DNA of 64,000 nucleotides from Lama glama (GCA_028534125.1 CM052818.1:18168001-18232000), one strand, 5' to 3'; positions 40,884 to 52,892 are shown, counted from the stretch's first letter. Notes: generated by a model from the sequence alone, not told the origin. Numbers and translations: made by a program.

Positions 40884-41170
40884 TAGTAGCACTGTCCAAT
40901 AGAAATTTAATACAAGCCACATATGTCTCTTAATTTTTTCTAAGAACTACATTAAAAATGGTTTTCAAAAAAGGTCACCTTAATCTTAACAATAGATTTA
41001 ATATATTTTAACACAATCTGTTAGTTCAGCATGAAACCAATATAAAAATGTTACTGAGCTTTTTTTTTTTTTTTTGTACTAAGACTTATGACCCATAGCA
41101 ACTCAGACTGGCCACATTTCAAGTGCTGAATAGCCAAGCGGTCAGTGCCTGCCATACTGGACAGTGTAAC
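40884..41170. mobile_element. hAT-Charlie MER33/MER3-like element nested in L1
   Basis: GCACTGTCCAATAGAAAT...GCCACATTTCAAGTGCT...ATACTGGACAGTG with inverted termini. Confidence 0.8.
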
Positions 41171-41889
41171 ATATGGAATCACAGCAAACATGTATGGCAA
41201 TGTTGATTTTCCAGGCAGCATGATGCATAACAGAAAAAACCCAGAAACAATCCAAATGCCCATTGACAAGAGAATGGCTAATTTAACCAGACTGCTTAGA
41301 TGATGGAATACTATGCAACAATAAAAATTGAAGAAGAGCAGGCACACACAATACAAAGAATCTAAGAAATAAACTTTGAATGAGAAAAGCAAGTTTCACA
41401 GGGGTGTATACAGTCTAATATCATTTTCGTAAAGCCCAAAAGGAAACAAAACTAAACAATATGTTGTTTAGAGATACATATGTATGTGGTAACATTATAA
41501 AGAAAAATCCAGGAATAAAAACAAATAAACCATCAAAGATAGTAGTTACCCTTGAAGGAAGACAAGGAAATGGAATCAGAAAAATTCATAGCAGTTTCAA
41601 ATATTTAGATAATTTTTCATTCTTCATGCTGTTTTCATAAGTCATCATACTAGTACTCTCATTCATATCTCATGTATGTTGTATTTATTATTTTGTATGT
41701 ATTAAATTCTTCATAATAAAATGAAGGGAAAAATAAAGAGGTTGTTTCAGAAAACACCAAATCACTTTGCCTATGGTCACTTTCTTGTCCCCCTTCACAC
41801 TTCAAGAAAAAATATATGTTTCTATAGCTGTGGAGAAAGGACAGAATGGCCAGAGTTAATGCATTTAAGTTGCAGTTTAAAAACAAATA

Positions 41890-42420
41890 TTTATCAGGTG
41901 TCAAGCACTAGATTAAAATCTTTATATCTGATATCTTGCTTGATTATCACAAAAACAACTGGGTTGGCATTTTTATGGTCCCCGTTTCACACTTGAGGAA
42001 ATAAAGCTTGGAGAGATTAAATGACTCACAGGGGAAATAAAATGTCCAAAGTCACATGGTCAAGTAGCCAGGACAGGACCTGAACGCAAATCTGATAAAT
42101 ATCAGAGCCTGAGCTCCTAACACCTGATGTATGGACTGGCTCTAAGTGCTGGAGCCAGGGGCTAAGATGTCATTAACCTAGACTGTGCATAACAAATGAA
42201 CAACTGCCACTGATGAAGTAAATTACTTATACCACGGTTTAAGTAATTTCTCTATGCTAGGTGCAAGGTATGCTTCAGGTCTTTATCTTTCACCTTGTTG
42301 CTGAATCCTCTTTTGCAGATGAGGGAATTGAGGCTCAGAAAGTTACAGTATTGGCCGAAAGAAGCTCATACATTTAGTTAATGGCAGTGCTGGGAAGCAA
42401 ACCTAAGCTGCATGGTGCAT
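41890..42420 (-). mobile_element. Two MIR copies
   Basis: TGAGGAAATAAAGCTTGGAGAGATTAAATGACT and TTTTGCAGATGAGGGAATTGAGGCTCAGAAAG cores. Confidence 0.7.
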
Positions 42421-43673
42421 TCTAAATCTTAATAAATGCTAGAGACATGCAGGTAGGTGGCCACTACCTCTGTCAGTAGAATTTGGAGCTGGGTTAACAC
42501 TGTAAGAGATGACATCCTTCCACTTGCAATCAAAATGAGAATGATGACACTTACAAGGACCATGGCTATGTGTGTAAACCACACCCTGGGCGGGACATAT
42601 CTGAGGCAAGAGGACATAAGCTCCTTGTATGTTATTAAGAGGTGGGGAGAGGTGGGAAGGGGAACAAAACCAACAACACGATGGCAGGAAGGAAGGTGTG
42701 TAATGATTCTAAAGATGATCGTCCAGTTAATGAAAGTGAAGGCAGAGGCAAAGCATTGGATGATTTAGGCAGTTTTACTTTTTAAAAAGTATACTTTGAA
42801 GCCTGATTCTCTATGTAGTGAATAATTCATGCTCTCCGGGACCACAGAAAGGCTTTGAGATGCTCTAGGAAAAAGGAGGAGGAGGAAAAAAGCTGTCCAG
42901 AGGGGTTTGTGGGTTTGGGAAGAGATGGGTATGTGTGTTACATGTTAATGCAACTCTAACCGGGTGTCCAGATCAGCAAATCTTGCTGTAGATCAGTGTG
43001 GTAAGGATTCAGGCTGGCTTTCTGTGTTCAGTGTTCTGAGTTCAGCTAGCTTTGAAAATGTTTTTTTAAAAATCGTCATACAGTGAACATTCCGTGTGGC
43101 CTGCAAGGCTGAAACAGCCAGACTTTTTCTTCTTCCATGATCCATACAGGTTTCTAGCTCCCTTCTCCCCAGGTCAGCTTTACTCATTGGTGTCACCCCA
43201 CCTCCCCGCGTTGCAGGGCAGTAGCTCTGAGATACCTGGATCAAATCTGAAAAAGTCATGATCTAACAAGTGGAGGGGGAGCTAGAGTTGAGGGAATCCC
43301 ACTGGACGATCTGAGCAGGGTTGCTGTTAGGTCTTTGACCATATATATTTCAACAAACCTCCAAACACTAAAGGAAAACAGTGGTTGAAGATAACTGACA
43401 CTATGCAATGCTCCCACCAGCCCTCTCACATGCATAGAAAGTCTCTGGTTTCCCTGATTGGGATCTAGGGGAACCTACAGGGAATGATAGCTGCTGGACT
43501 CTCAGACAACACAATAGGTGAGGCTGGATGTCCCCTGAATGGCCAACAGACATAATCTGAGCAAAGTCAAGAGCCAAGACCAGAAAAAGTACATGATGGG
43601 TCAGATGCAAGAGATGACTGTGAGGGCACAGGGCAGGCAGCCATGCTGACCTGAGCACGTCAAGAAAGCTCTT

Positions 43674-43833
43674 GGGGGGAGGGTATATAGTTCAAGTGGC
43701 AGAGTGCATGCTTAGCATGCACAAGGTCCTCGGTTCAATCCCCAGTACCTCCTCTAAAAATAAATAAACCTAATTACCTCCTCTCTGCCAAAATAAAATA
43801 ATTAAATAATACAATAATAAATAATAACAATAA
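43674..43833 (+). mobile_element. Camelid tRNA-derived SINE (vic-1-like)
   Basis: tRNA-like head with A box and B box (GGTTCAATCCC), AT-rich tail, TSD AAGAAAGCTCT (43662-43672) / AAGAAAGCCCT (43834-43844). Confidence 0.85.
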
Positions 43834-44082
43834 AAGAAAGCCCTGCAAGCAACAGTCAAAGAGACAACAGGAACTCAACCATGGCTTTCATATACTGAGA
43901 AGCTATTATTTCATTTATCCCTCACAACAACTCCACGTTGAGATATTATTATTACACCTCTTTGTTAAATCAGGAAAATGAAGCACAGTTCAGTTAAACA
44001 ACATGCTCGAGTTTATAGTTTTAAGCACAGATTTGAACCTAGGTCTCTGATTTTGAACACTGTGCTCTTAAGCCCTATAATA

Positions 44083-45109
44083 ACAATGTCTCCCAAATTT
44101 GATGGATACACAGACCCCTTTAAAGAAAAAAAGTCTTGTGCACTTCTAGTCTTGATTTAAATTACTTTTACGACAATTTTGTTAAAATGTGAACAAATAT
44201 AAAACTAGCTATAAACTCATTCTAAAATAACAAAACCAAACATCCATATTAGAAACATTTAATAACTATAAGACCCATAAAATTCAAATTAAAAACATTA
44301 ACTCAATGTGATGAAGGATGTTCTTCTGCTGAAACTAGATTGTCAGTGTGGGTTTTAATAGGAGGAAGATGAGCCTCAGGTCAGGTTCTGTATTCAATAA
44401 TTTTTTTGCATGTATTTTGGCTTCAGTAATTCAGATAATGCCTTTTAGCATAAGTGTGTTATTAATTATTTCAAGGCTTTGCTTGCTGGTTCACAATAAA
44501 TAGACCTCACATGTTTCCAAAACGCTGCCAACAAGCAATCGTCAAGTGTCAAGTTTAATTAAGTGTCGTTTGATAACTGTAATGCTGTCGTGTTTACGTG
44601 AAAAGAAGGTTATGATTGCAGCATTACTGAAATTTTCATTAAATAAACTCTGACTGCCAGAAGTAAGTCTCATTTCATTTGTCTGGCCATGCCTATGGTA
44701 AATGAGTAGGGAGGGTGTGGCTCGTTCAAAGATGGGTTCGGTCGTGGGTCTCTGGGTAATCTGGGGTGTAGGGGGCTGCCAAGGAGTATACTGTTTTGGG
44801 TTTGATGTGCATACAGGCTCTTGCACTTTCTGATGGCTCAGTTCTCCCATCATGTTTCTTCCTGAGAAACTTGTATTAGTGCATCACTCTCTGAAGTCAC
44901 TTGACCTTCACTTAGTCAAAATGAAATTTATTAAAAAAAAAAAAAGCAAACATCCACATGGTAATTGTGTAGCCATTCTTGGAATGAGTGATGTTAAAAT
45001 AATTCAGACTATGCCTGTTCATTTATTAGATGATCTTTGAAAGGCAACACCAACTTTTAAAACTTCTTTTATGAAACATTTGCCCATGAGTTCCAGTTTG
45101 AGAAACATG
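44083..45109. mobile_element. Probable hAT-Charlie DNA transposon fossil (about 1 kb)
   Basis: Degenerate inverted termini CAATGTCTCCCAAA / TTTGAGAAACATG. Confidence 0.5.
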
Positions 45110-46035
45110 GACCATGGCTTCTCGTTTCCCAGCATTCATTGCAAAGAGAGGGGCACAGGTCTTTCAAGGATTCTCTCCTATTAAAAAACTTTGGTCCTAG
45201 AGTCACCTCTCAAATATATACAGAGTCTCCATCCTCTGCCCCTTTCTACTGGACCCTAGAGCCAGCCCTACATTCCTGTCTCTATATGCCCCACCCTCAG
45301 GCAAAAACCTCCTATATCCCCGGTTTCCCCAGGAGAGGTACATCAGTAAGGAAATCAATGGCTCTGAGCCCTACATTGATGGTCTGTGTTTTTCCTTGTA
45401 GGGAGACAAGCCTCATCATGCTCTTTAAATAGATGAAGAAATTGTAGCAGAAAGAATTGACTTGTCTGATGTCACTGAGAGAAGTTACAGATCCAGAATG
45501 TGAACCCATGATTCCTGGGATACCAGTTCATCCTGTTCTCTTCAAAACACACAGGCTCATCTCAGTAACAGATCTGCCCACTTTGCAGCAACAGAGGACT
45601 CCCACATTATTTATATGACTAGAGAGGGAGGAGAGTGCACTAGAACAAGGAAGAATCCAGAGCCATTATGCACTTCTGTAAGATATAATACTGGAACCTC
45701 TTATTTTACAAATAGCAACAACAACTGTAAAAATACCACTGAAGACGCAGAATTTTAGATTAACCTCTCTGGCTGTCGTCACCTACTCTATTTGCTATTG
45801 GTTTGAGAGACAATTAGTAAAGGTAATTTTTTTTAAATCACAGGACTCTAAAATCCATTAATTCAAAAAATACTCACATAATAGGGTACCAGTAAAGACA
45901 AACTTGAAATGTTTTACTTTTATTTTATTTTAATGGGAAAACTTCTATTTGGGAAGTGTTTGAATCTTTTGAAACAGATTTCCTTGGCTTGGGAGAGATC
46001 AACAGAATGAACTCTTCAGTTACATATAGAAAATG

Positions 46036-46948
46036 TGTCGGAGTCTAGCCCCAGCGGGTTTAGGAACCTGAGGGAGGAGTAGCGTCGGCGCGAGGAAAGA
46101 CACAGACAAGACACACTTCAACAACGAGGTAGCAGCAGGTTTTGTCAGTTTACTCATGTTGTGGTATTTATATTTATGTTTACAAGCACTTGTGGTTTTA
46201 AAATACAGAGGGGGAAGTACAGTATTAACAATTTCAGTCTTTGTTGCGCTTTTGCGGTTAGCTTTTGTGGAACAATTTAAACAATCTGTGTCTTTACTGT
46301 CCTTATACTTGTTTTATTTGGCCACTTTGCTGTTTATGAGAATCTTGATTTAATCTTGTTCTTTTTTTATTAACTCTGTTGTACCAGAACGTTTAGACCG
46401 ACCAATTTTTTTTTTATTTTTTTTGGCTCTGAGAATTTTTAAGATTATATTGACCTAGACAGACCATTTTTAAATAGCTGATTAACAGGTTGACATCAGA
46501 ATTTTTTGAAGCCTGATTTAAACTTTACTTAACCTATTCAGTTAGAATCCTCCCTTTAAGATACGCAACAATAACTATGGCAGCACCACGGAACATTTGA
46601 TGGTCCTCTAACCCAAGTCCAATTTCCTCTAGGTATCTTTTTTGTCCTTACTCTGGCTCCTGATAAAGGAGACAGCTCTGCACAGATTTTTTGGGACACA
46701 TTTATAGGGAATTGTCCTTTAGTCATGTTTGTCCCAGTCTTTTCCTGAATTTTCCCATCTTGTCCCTGTGGGGACTTCCCAGAATTATGATTTTTAATAT
46801 ATCTACATAGCAAAGTAAATATTGAGCAAAATCCTAAGAAGATGCAGAGAACCCCGCCACAACTTTTTTTTACCACTGCTGTGCAGTGGCTCCCTCGTAG
46901 GCCTCGCTGTGCGTACAGCCTCAGGGTCTGGTGGCGTGGCTCCCGACA
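46036..46948 (-). mobile_element. Full 3' LTR (913 bp) of the provirus
   Basis: Follows PPT AAAAAATAAAAAAGGGGGAGA (46949-46969, -). TATAAATA at 46165-46172, AGTAAA poly(A) signal at 46149-46154, then a GT-rich tract. Ends CCGACA. Confidence 0.9.
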
Positions 46949-47202
46949 TCTCCCCCTTTTTTATTTTTTAGTTGTAGACTACGAAGCTCTAAATTTACTT
47001 TTTGAATACTGGCACTTAGGATTTTGAAGAAGACTGGAAACAAAAGCAAAATTAGAATAAAGATAGCAATTTTTATGTCCATATTAATCAAAGTATGAAC
47101 AAATCCATGTTTATCCATATATTGTTGAAAACTTTTTATAAAAGAATTGACAGTATGAGTTGTAGAGAACTCAGCTTTAGAATTACTAATATTTTGTATT
47201 TT
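46921..47202 (-). pseudogene. env: C-terminal remnant of retroviral env (TM subunit: membrane span and cytoplasmic tail)
   Basis: Open frame ...KIQNISNS...IAIFILILLLFPVFFKILSASIQKVNLELRSLQLKNKKGGDVGSHATRP*. The KNKKGGDVG end reading through the PPT into the LTR is typical of betaretroviral env. Confidence 0.85.
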
Positions 47203-47271
47203 TGTGCAGTGGCCCCCTCGTAGGCCTCGCTGTGCGTACAGCCTCAGGGTCTGGTGGCGTGGCTCCCGACA
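47203..47271 (-). mobile_element. 69-bp stub of the 5' LTR
   Basis: 68/69 identical to the first 69 nt of the 3' LTR and bounded by the TSD. Confidence 0.9.
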
Positions 47272-49369
47272 AAAATGCAAGTGTCCATGTCAACAATTGT
47301 TCTTAAAGGAAACTGTGGTTTCCCCACAAATGTGAATGCAGATGGTGTAGGCTGAAGTTTGCATATTTTTGATTGGGTAAATTGACTGCATTCACAGTAA
47401 GCCAGACTGAGCCCTTAAAGATATAGACAATTGTTCTAAAGTAAGATTAATAATTAATCTTCCTTAAATGGCATTACTTACATTAGAACATCTCAGACTT
47501 GAGGAAGTACATTGTTGACTATTTCAACTGCCTTTTCTAGAGTTCTCCTAACATTCAAGGGTGTTTGTATTAGAGAGAGGAATAAAACCCTCTCCAGGCT
47601 TAGGGACTGACAAGTGGTGAGGGTCCCAGGAGTGCCCACTGCTTATAACAGTGCATATTAAACTTGGAGCAATCTATAAATGAGCCTGTTCTTGGCTATG
47701 CTTTTGAAGTCCTGATGGAGGAGCCAGTGCCTATCCTTAGTAAGGGGAGAGACAGCAGCCTGAGAAGTGAATTATAAGATAACATGATAATGTGGCATTT
47801 GTGGGCAGCAATGGTTTGGAGTTGAGTTGGTGGAGAAAGTAACAAGTGACAACCAATATTAGTTTGAGGGACATGTAAGCATTCATCAGACACCCCTTTG
47901 GTAGAAAAACTCGGGAGAAAAATTAGCTTTCCTATAATTTAGATCATGAAAAATTACTATTGTGCACTCATTTCAGAAGCAAAATTAATAGGGCTTTCCA
48001 GTGACATTTATCATCTACACATGCCAGACACAATGCCTGGAACTGGAGATACAAAGGTACACAAAGCATGGCCTCGGCCTTCGGCTCTTACAATCTGGTG
48101 AGTGGACATTTGTGTGTGTACATTCTGGAGGTGTGAGGGGATGATATGCAGGGTGGGAGGGCTGCCTTTTAACAGTAGGAGGTCAGAGTATGAGAAATCA
48201 TTTCCTGGTTTGTAATCTATCTGTATAAGAGAAAAGGGATTTGGTGCCTCCAAATACTCCTCCTCTGTAACAAGCCCTGGTTAACCTAGAGCCACAGGCC
48301 ATGGCTCCTCAGTCACAGCCCCCGGGAGGCGGGAACTGCTGAACTGTTGTCCACTCCACTCCATAAAGTCAAGGAATAGATTCAACCAAAGAAAACAAAA
48401 TGGCACTTTTTTTTTAAAAAAAGCATCAGGAGGATGCAGAGGGATAAATGAATATCTGTGAACTGAAGGCCAAAGGGAAAAGACAGTATCACAGTATCAC
48501 ATAATTAACTTCATCTCCTAATAAGGAAGAGGAAGATCGTACTCTGGGTACCAGCCTCTGTGGGCTTTTCCCATCAACATGGCGAAGTGGCCTTGACTTC
48601 CTCCTCAGGTTGCCTGGGCTACAGCAGAGACCTGATGGAGAATCCCCCGATGCACTGTGTCTCATGATGAAAGATGATGGCTCACTCAGAGAAATCTGAA
48701 AACATGTTTCTGACTGAAGAGGCAAAGACAAAGCAAGCATCAGGTTTAGCAAGAGCCATCTCACTTTCCCCTCTCTCTCATCATCATTCAAGTTACTGAC
48801 AAGTTATTGAAAGGTTTTAAATGGCTACCACTTATAAGAATCAGAATTGACTTGGGGAGGTGGCTTCTGAGACCTTGAACAGCACATTTTCTCTTAGCTT
48901 TGGATGAGGTGGACTCTGTGAACCAGGGAAATTAGCTGATCACGAGGGCTAAGATTGTTTTGTTCCCTTCATTGCAGAAGTTCACTGAACACACAATACA
49001 AATTTCTCAAGAGATTCTGTTTCCAGACAGCTAGTAAAAGAATAAGAAAACAAATACAACTGGACCTACTCCACACTGTGGCCAACAAAAGTATATACAT
49101 GGTTAAAAAAACAATGAGAAATTTCCAAACCTTCCACTTTCTTTGCACTGTTGACCACTTCCCTCTTTTGACATCCTCCTCTCCCTTTGCTCCCACTCTT
49201 TTCCAATTATCCTACAACCTCTCTGACCCTTCGTTCTCAGCTCCTTTCCCAAATCGCTTCCTTCAGCCCATTTAGGGTGATGCTCTGCCTTTCTCTCCGG
49301 TCCTTCCTCCCCCTGCATTAGTGAGCCCACACTTTTTGTTACATTGTGTTTTAATTTGTTCTGATGCAG

Positions 49370-49790
49370 TAGTCTCCTTGGGTCTCTTGACTTTAGTCTT
49401 GCTTCTCTCCAATTCAGCTTCTACATAACTGCCAGAGAGTTTCCAAAGTAAATCTCATCAATATTTTCCTTGCTTAAAACACTTCAAAGCTCCCCATTAT
49501 CTACAAAACACAGATTCTTTGGCCAGGCACAAAATAATTTCATTATTGGACTCCTGCCTAACCTCTCCAAACTTACCTTCTACTATGCCTTCCAACGTAC
49601 ATCTTATGATTTAATCATATAAAATCATTACAGCTCCAGTATTTCCATGCCATCTCTAGGGAATGCCCTCCTCTGCTTTACCCAGCCAGCCCCACTCAGG
49701 TAACCTTTCCTGGCCATGCCCACAGCACCATCCAATCCGGGTGAGATGCTATTCCTTTGTGCCCACTATTTGCCTTCATTATAACATCCT
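49370..49790 (+). mobile_element. L2 fragment
   Basis: CTGCCAGAGAG...TGCTTAAAACACTTCAAAGCTCCCCATT...GGAATGCCCTCC. Confidence 0.65.
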
Positions 49791-49794
49791 CTTG

Positions 49795-50395
49795 TGGTGG
49801 TCTGAATAAGATTCAGACAGGAAAACAGGTCATCTATAATTATTGTGGAAATAAAGGATTTATTATAGGAATTTGACCTTACATAAATATGCAAGAATAT
49901 GGGGAAGAGACGATCTGGATGGGGCAGTTGGAGGGTCAGAAGAGCAGTCATTAGTCAGACTCCCTGCAGCATAGGAGTGGAAGCTTAAAGAGAAATCCAA
50001 GAAGCCACCAAAGTGGGACCACAAAAGGAACGTTCATGGAGAAGGCTCTGGAAACTGCTCCTCTCCAGGGAAGAAGCTGCCTCCGCACAGCTGCAGGCTT
50101 GATGGGTCCCCAGCCAAGCACAGAGTGGCGGGTCTGGGGCCACTCTTTGAAGACAAGCTGGATGAGGAATGGAGGAGAGAACAAGCTGGAGCCCACCAGG
50201 CGCCCATGACTCTGTCCATCACCAGAGCTGACAGCAAAGACCTTCTGGGAGCAGTGGATTCAGCTTCCTTTCTGTCAGCCAAATCACACGCAAGTTGTTT
50301 TCTTTTTTTCCCTTTTGGAAAAGGAATCAGGCCAGGTTGTCCTGGGAAACATAGTTCCCAGAGTTGGTCAAGCTGACCTAACATGGTCCAGCACA
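49795..50395 (-). mobile_element. Old ERVL/MaLR-type LTR
   Basis: AAGGATTTATTATAGGAATTTGACCTTACA...CCTGGGAAACATAGTTCC...AAGCTGAC pattern. Confidence 0.5.
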
Positions 50396-50473
50396 CCTCA
50401 TCTGTCTGCCTCTTCTCTGGACCGTGAAAACAGAAGACAAGGAGTATGTTTCAATCTATTCTCTTTCCTTTTC

Positions 50474-50686
50474 TTTTTTTTTTTAAATTGAAGTATAGTC
50501 CGTTTAGAAGGTTGGGTTGCTTTCTGGTGTATAGCACAATGTTTCAGGCATACATGAACACACATAAATTCCTTTTCATATTATTTTCCATTATAGAGTA
50601 CAAGATACTGAATATAGTTCCCTGTGCTATACAGCAGAAACTTGTTGTTTATCTATTTTATATATAGTAGTTTGTATCAGCAAATC
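50474..50686 (-). mobile_element. 5'-truncated young L1 3' UTR
   Basis: Poly(T) then ATTGAAGTATAGT...GTTCCCTGTGCTATACAG...TATATATAGTAGT, the reverse complement of the same family. Confidence 0.85.
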
Positions 50687-52892
50687 AACTATTTGCCAAC
50701 AAGCGCAAGGCCTAAGATACGGAAGAGATCCAGTAGAGGTCTGGGTATTGAAGGAAGGGCACCGATATACCAGAGAAAGCATTTGTGCTCAGTCATTTTC
50801 AGAGAAGATGGTTAGAAATGATATTAGGCATTCTCAGGATCACAATCTCTCTGTAACAAGACTGAATTCCAGTGACAAAATAAATGTAGAAGGATTCTAC
50901 TGTGGAAGATAAATTTGATTATCTACATCAACATGTGTACTTAAAATTTAAAGAAAATGGGCAAACGTTTTCTAAAATCAAATTGGTTTTTTTTCCTTTA
51001 ATGTTGTGAACATCTTCAGTTTTATTGCTTTGTTTCAGTTTTAGGGAGATCATTCATTTTTTGTTTTCTGTTTGCTGTTGTTTTGTTTTTAGCAAACTGA
51101 CAATAATGTATAGGGAAGAACTACATTATACTGACAGATTTATCCTGAGGTTAATTGTGTTCTTATGAGAACATAAGAAAAGTTTGAAAAAAATTTTAAA
51201 GTACATTTGTTTTTTAAGTTTACTCCATGACTACCAAAGTTCATATCCATCTATTCTTACTTCAGAGGAGGACAAACACTTCTCCATTAAAAAAAAAAAA
51301 AAAAAAAGACAGGAAAATTCAGTGTTGAGTCCTCAGAAAAAATTTTGTGACTTTATTTAATCCAACTATACCCTGAAATTCCAAATTATAAATTATCCTT
51401 CTGGTAAAAACCAATGACCATTTAGGGGTAATGGAAAAAATGGCAATTTTTTTTCCCACGTGGGGAAAAAAGAGTCACTCAAGATTTTATTTGGTTGGTA
51501 CCAAAATTGTGTTATGATATTTCTCTCCTTGTTTCCTTTCTCTGGCTCCCTGCGGGTCAATATTGTGTGCAATAACATGGTCAGAGTAACTTGTTTATCT
51601 GGTACTATAATTGTGATCTTCTAGAGAATTTGGGGGGGAAAGGATTTTGAAATAAAATTAATATGTCCAGGTTCTTATTGGACTTTTACAATCAAAACTC
51701 CAGATCTTTGACTCCGAAAACTGTGAACTCCTCCCTGCTGGTCAGTGCTGTGGAGAGGGTTTTATTCCCTCACCCTTAAAATGAAGGATGTGGTGTTATA
51801 CCAGAGGTAATGTGATACCACAGAATAAAAACAGCACATGTTCTTTGCATATAACTCTTGATAAAGATATGCTGACAAATTTGACAGTCAACATGGCTAC
51901 TTTGTACACTAAAATGTAAATCTGCATACATTTATAATAGAAAGACTTCAAAGAAATGCTGACTTTATTGGGAATCTCTTTGAAAACCCACCCCTCCACC
52001 CATTAGGAGTAGTCTGATGGAAATTATTGAGGAGCCTGGTCTCAGAGCAAACATTATTTGGGACATTAGTGATGAAAAGCACTCATGTTTTAGACAAAGG
52101 GAATTTTCTGTCATTCTCGGAAAGATTTAGGACTAGAAGTTACTATCTAAATTGATACTGTCAAGTTAATCCAAGAAGCATTTTTCTGTTTCGTTATTAT
52201 CAGACATAATACAAGACGACATGTCATTTGATCAGATGCTGTCACGAATCAATATCCATTTGTCAGCCCAAAGAGGATACGTAACAAGAGGATTAAGGAT
52301 TGAAAAGAGGAGGAGCTTGGGCTAGAAGTTCACTGTCACACTGGAAGATGTTTCCGGAATTGTTTTTTTACTTAAATCCATCTAGATCATCCTCCCTCCC
52401 CTCCTCCTTGCTTCACTCCCTCTCTCCCTCTCCACTCCTCACCTCCCCACTTTTGGGGCCCCAGACCAGCAGTATGTAATGCTGTCCAGATTGTTGCAGT
52501 GTCTCTGGTTAGATGACCTATAACAAGACACCCCAGCATTTCTTGTTACAGTCCAGTTTATACATTTGAAGCAAAAATGTTCAAAGATCTTCAAGAATAA
52601 GAAGTTCTTTCATATCTGTAAGTTAGAACAGTCCAAATTCACTGTATTTGGCAGGAAGCAAGTGGCTCCCACATAGCAATGTCATTTTGACATGGTGAAT
52701 CCGAGCTGCCTTGGCTTAGTCCAGGGTGGGTGAAGGCTGAGGGACTTCAGTTGTGCACATTCCCGCCCTAACATCAGACAGGAGATAACCATTGCTGTAT
52801 TTCCATTTAGCTGCCCCTATTCTGAAGATTTTCTTGTCTGAATAACATAGACCTTGTTTCCATGTTAACTATATCCCTTGATTCCATACTGG

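Larger units (their letters stand above)
38950..41720 (+). mobile_element. Ancient degenerate L1 (L1ME-like), ORF2 3' half and 3' UTR
   Basis: GGATTTATCACAGGGATGCAA, AAAATTCAACATCCATTTAT, TGGATTGGAAGAC, CCCTATGACCCAGAAGTTTCACTCCT motifs. Confidence 0.85.
46036..47271 (-). mobile_element. Internally deleted class II (betaretrovirus-like) endogenous provirus
   Basis: TGTCGG...CCGACA termini. Perfect TSD AAAATG at 46030-46035 and 47272-47277. 69-bp direct repeat 46880-46948 vs 47203-47271 with 1 mismatch. PPT and env tail lie between the repeats. Confidence 0.92.

Noticed and set aside
43676..43750. tRNA-Ala-like gene
   Set aside because: Degenerate stems, SINE body and tail, and a TSD show it is a SINE head.
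46880..47271. Direct repeats resembling a repeat-spacer array
   Set aside because: Only two copies, fully explained as LTR ends. No CRISPR array or prokaryotic system is present in this window.
46921..47280. 119-aa ORF spanning flank, LTR stub and env tail
   Set aside because: Starts at a TTG in host flank and is a chance in-frame fusion made by the deletion. Only the env part is real.
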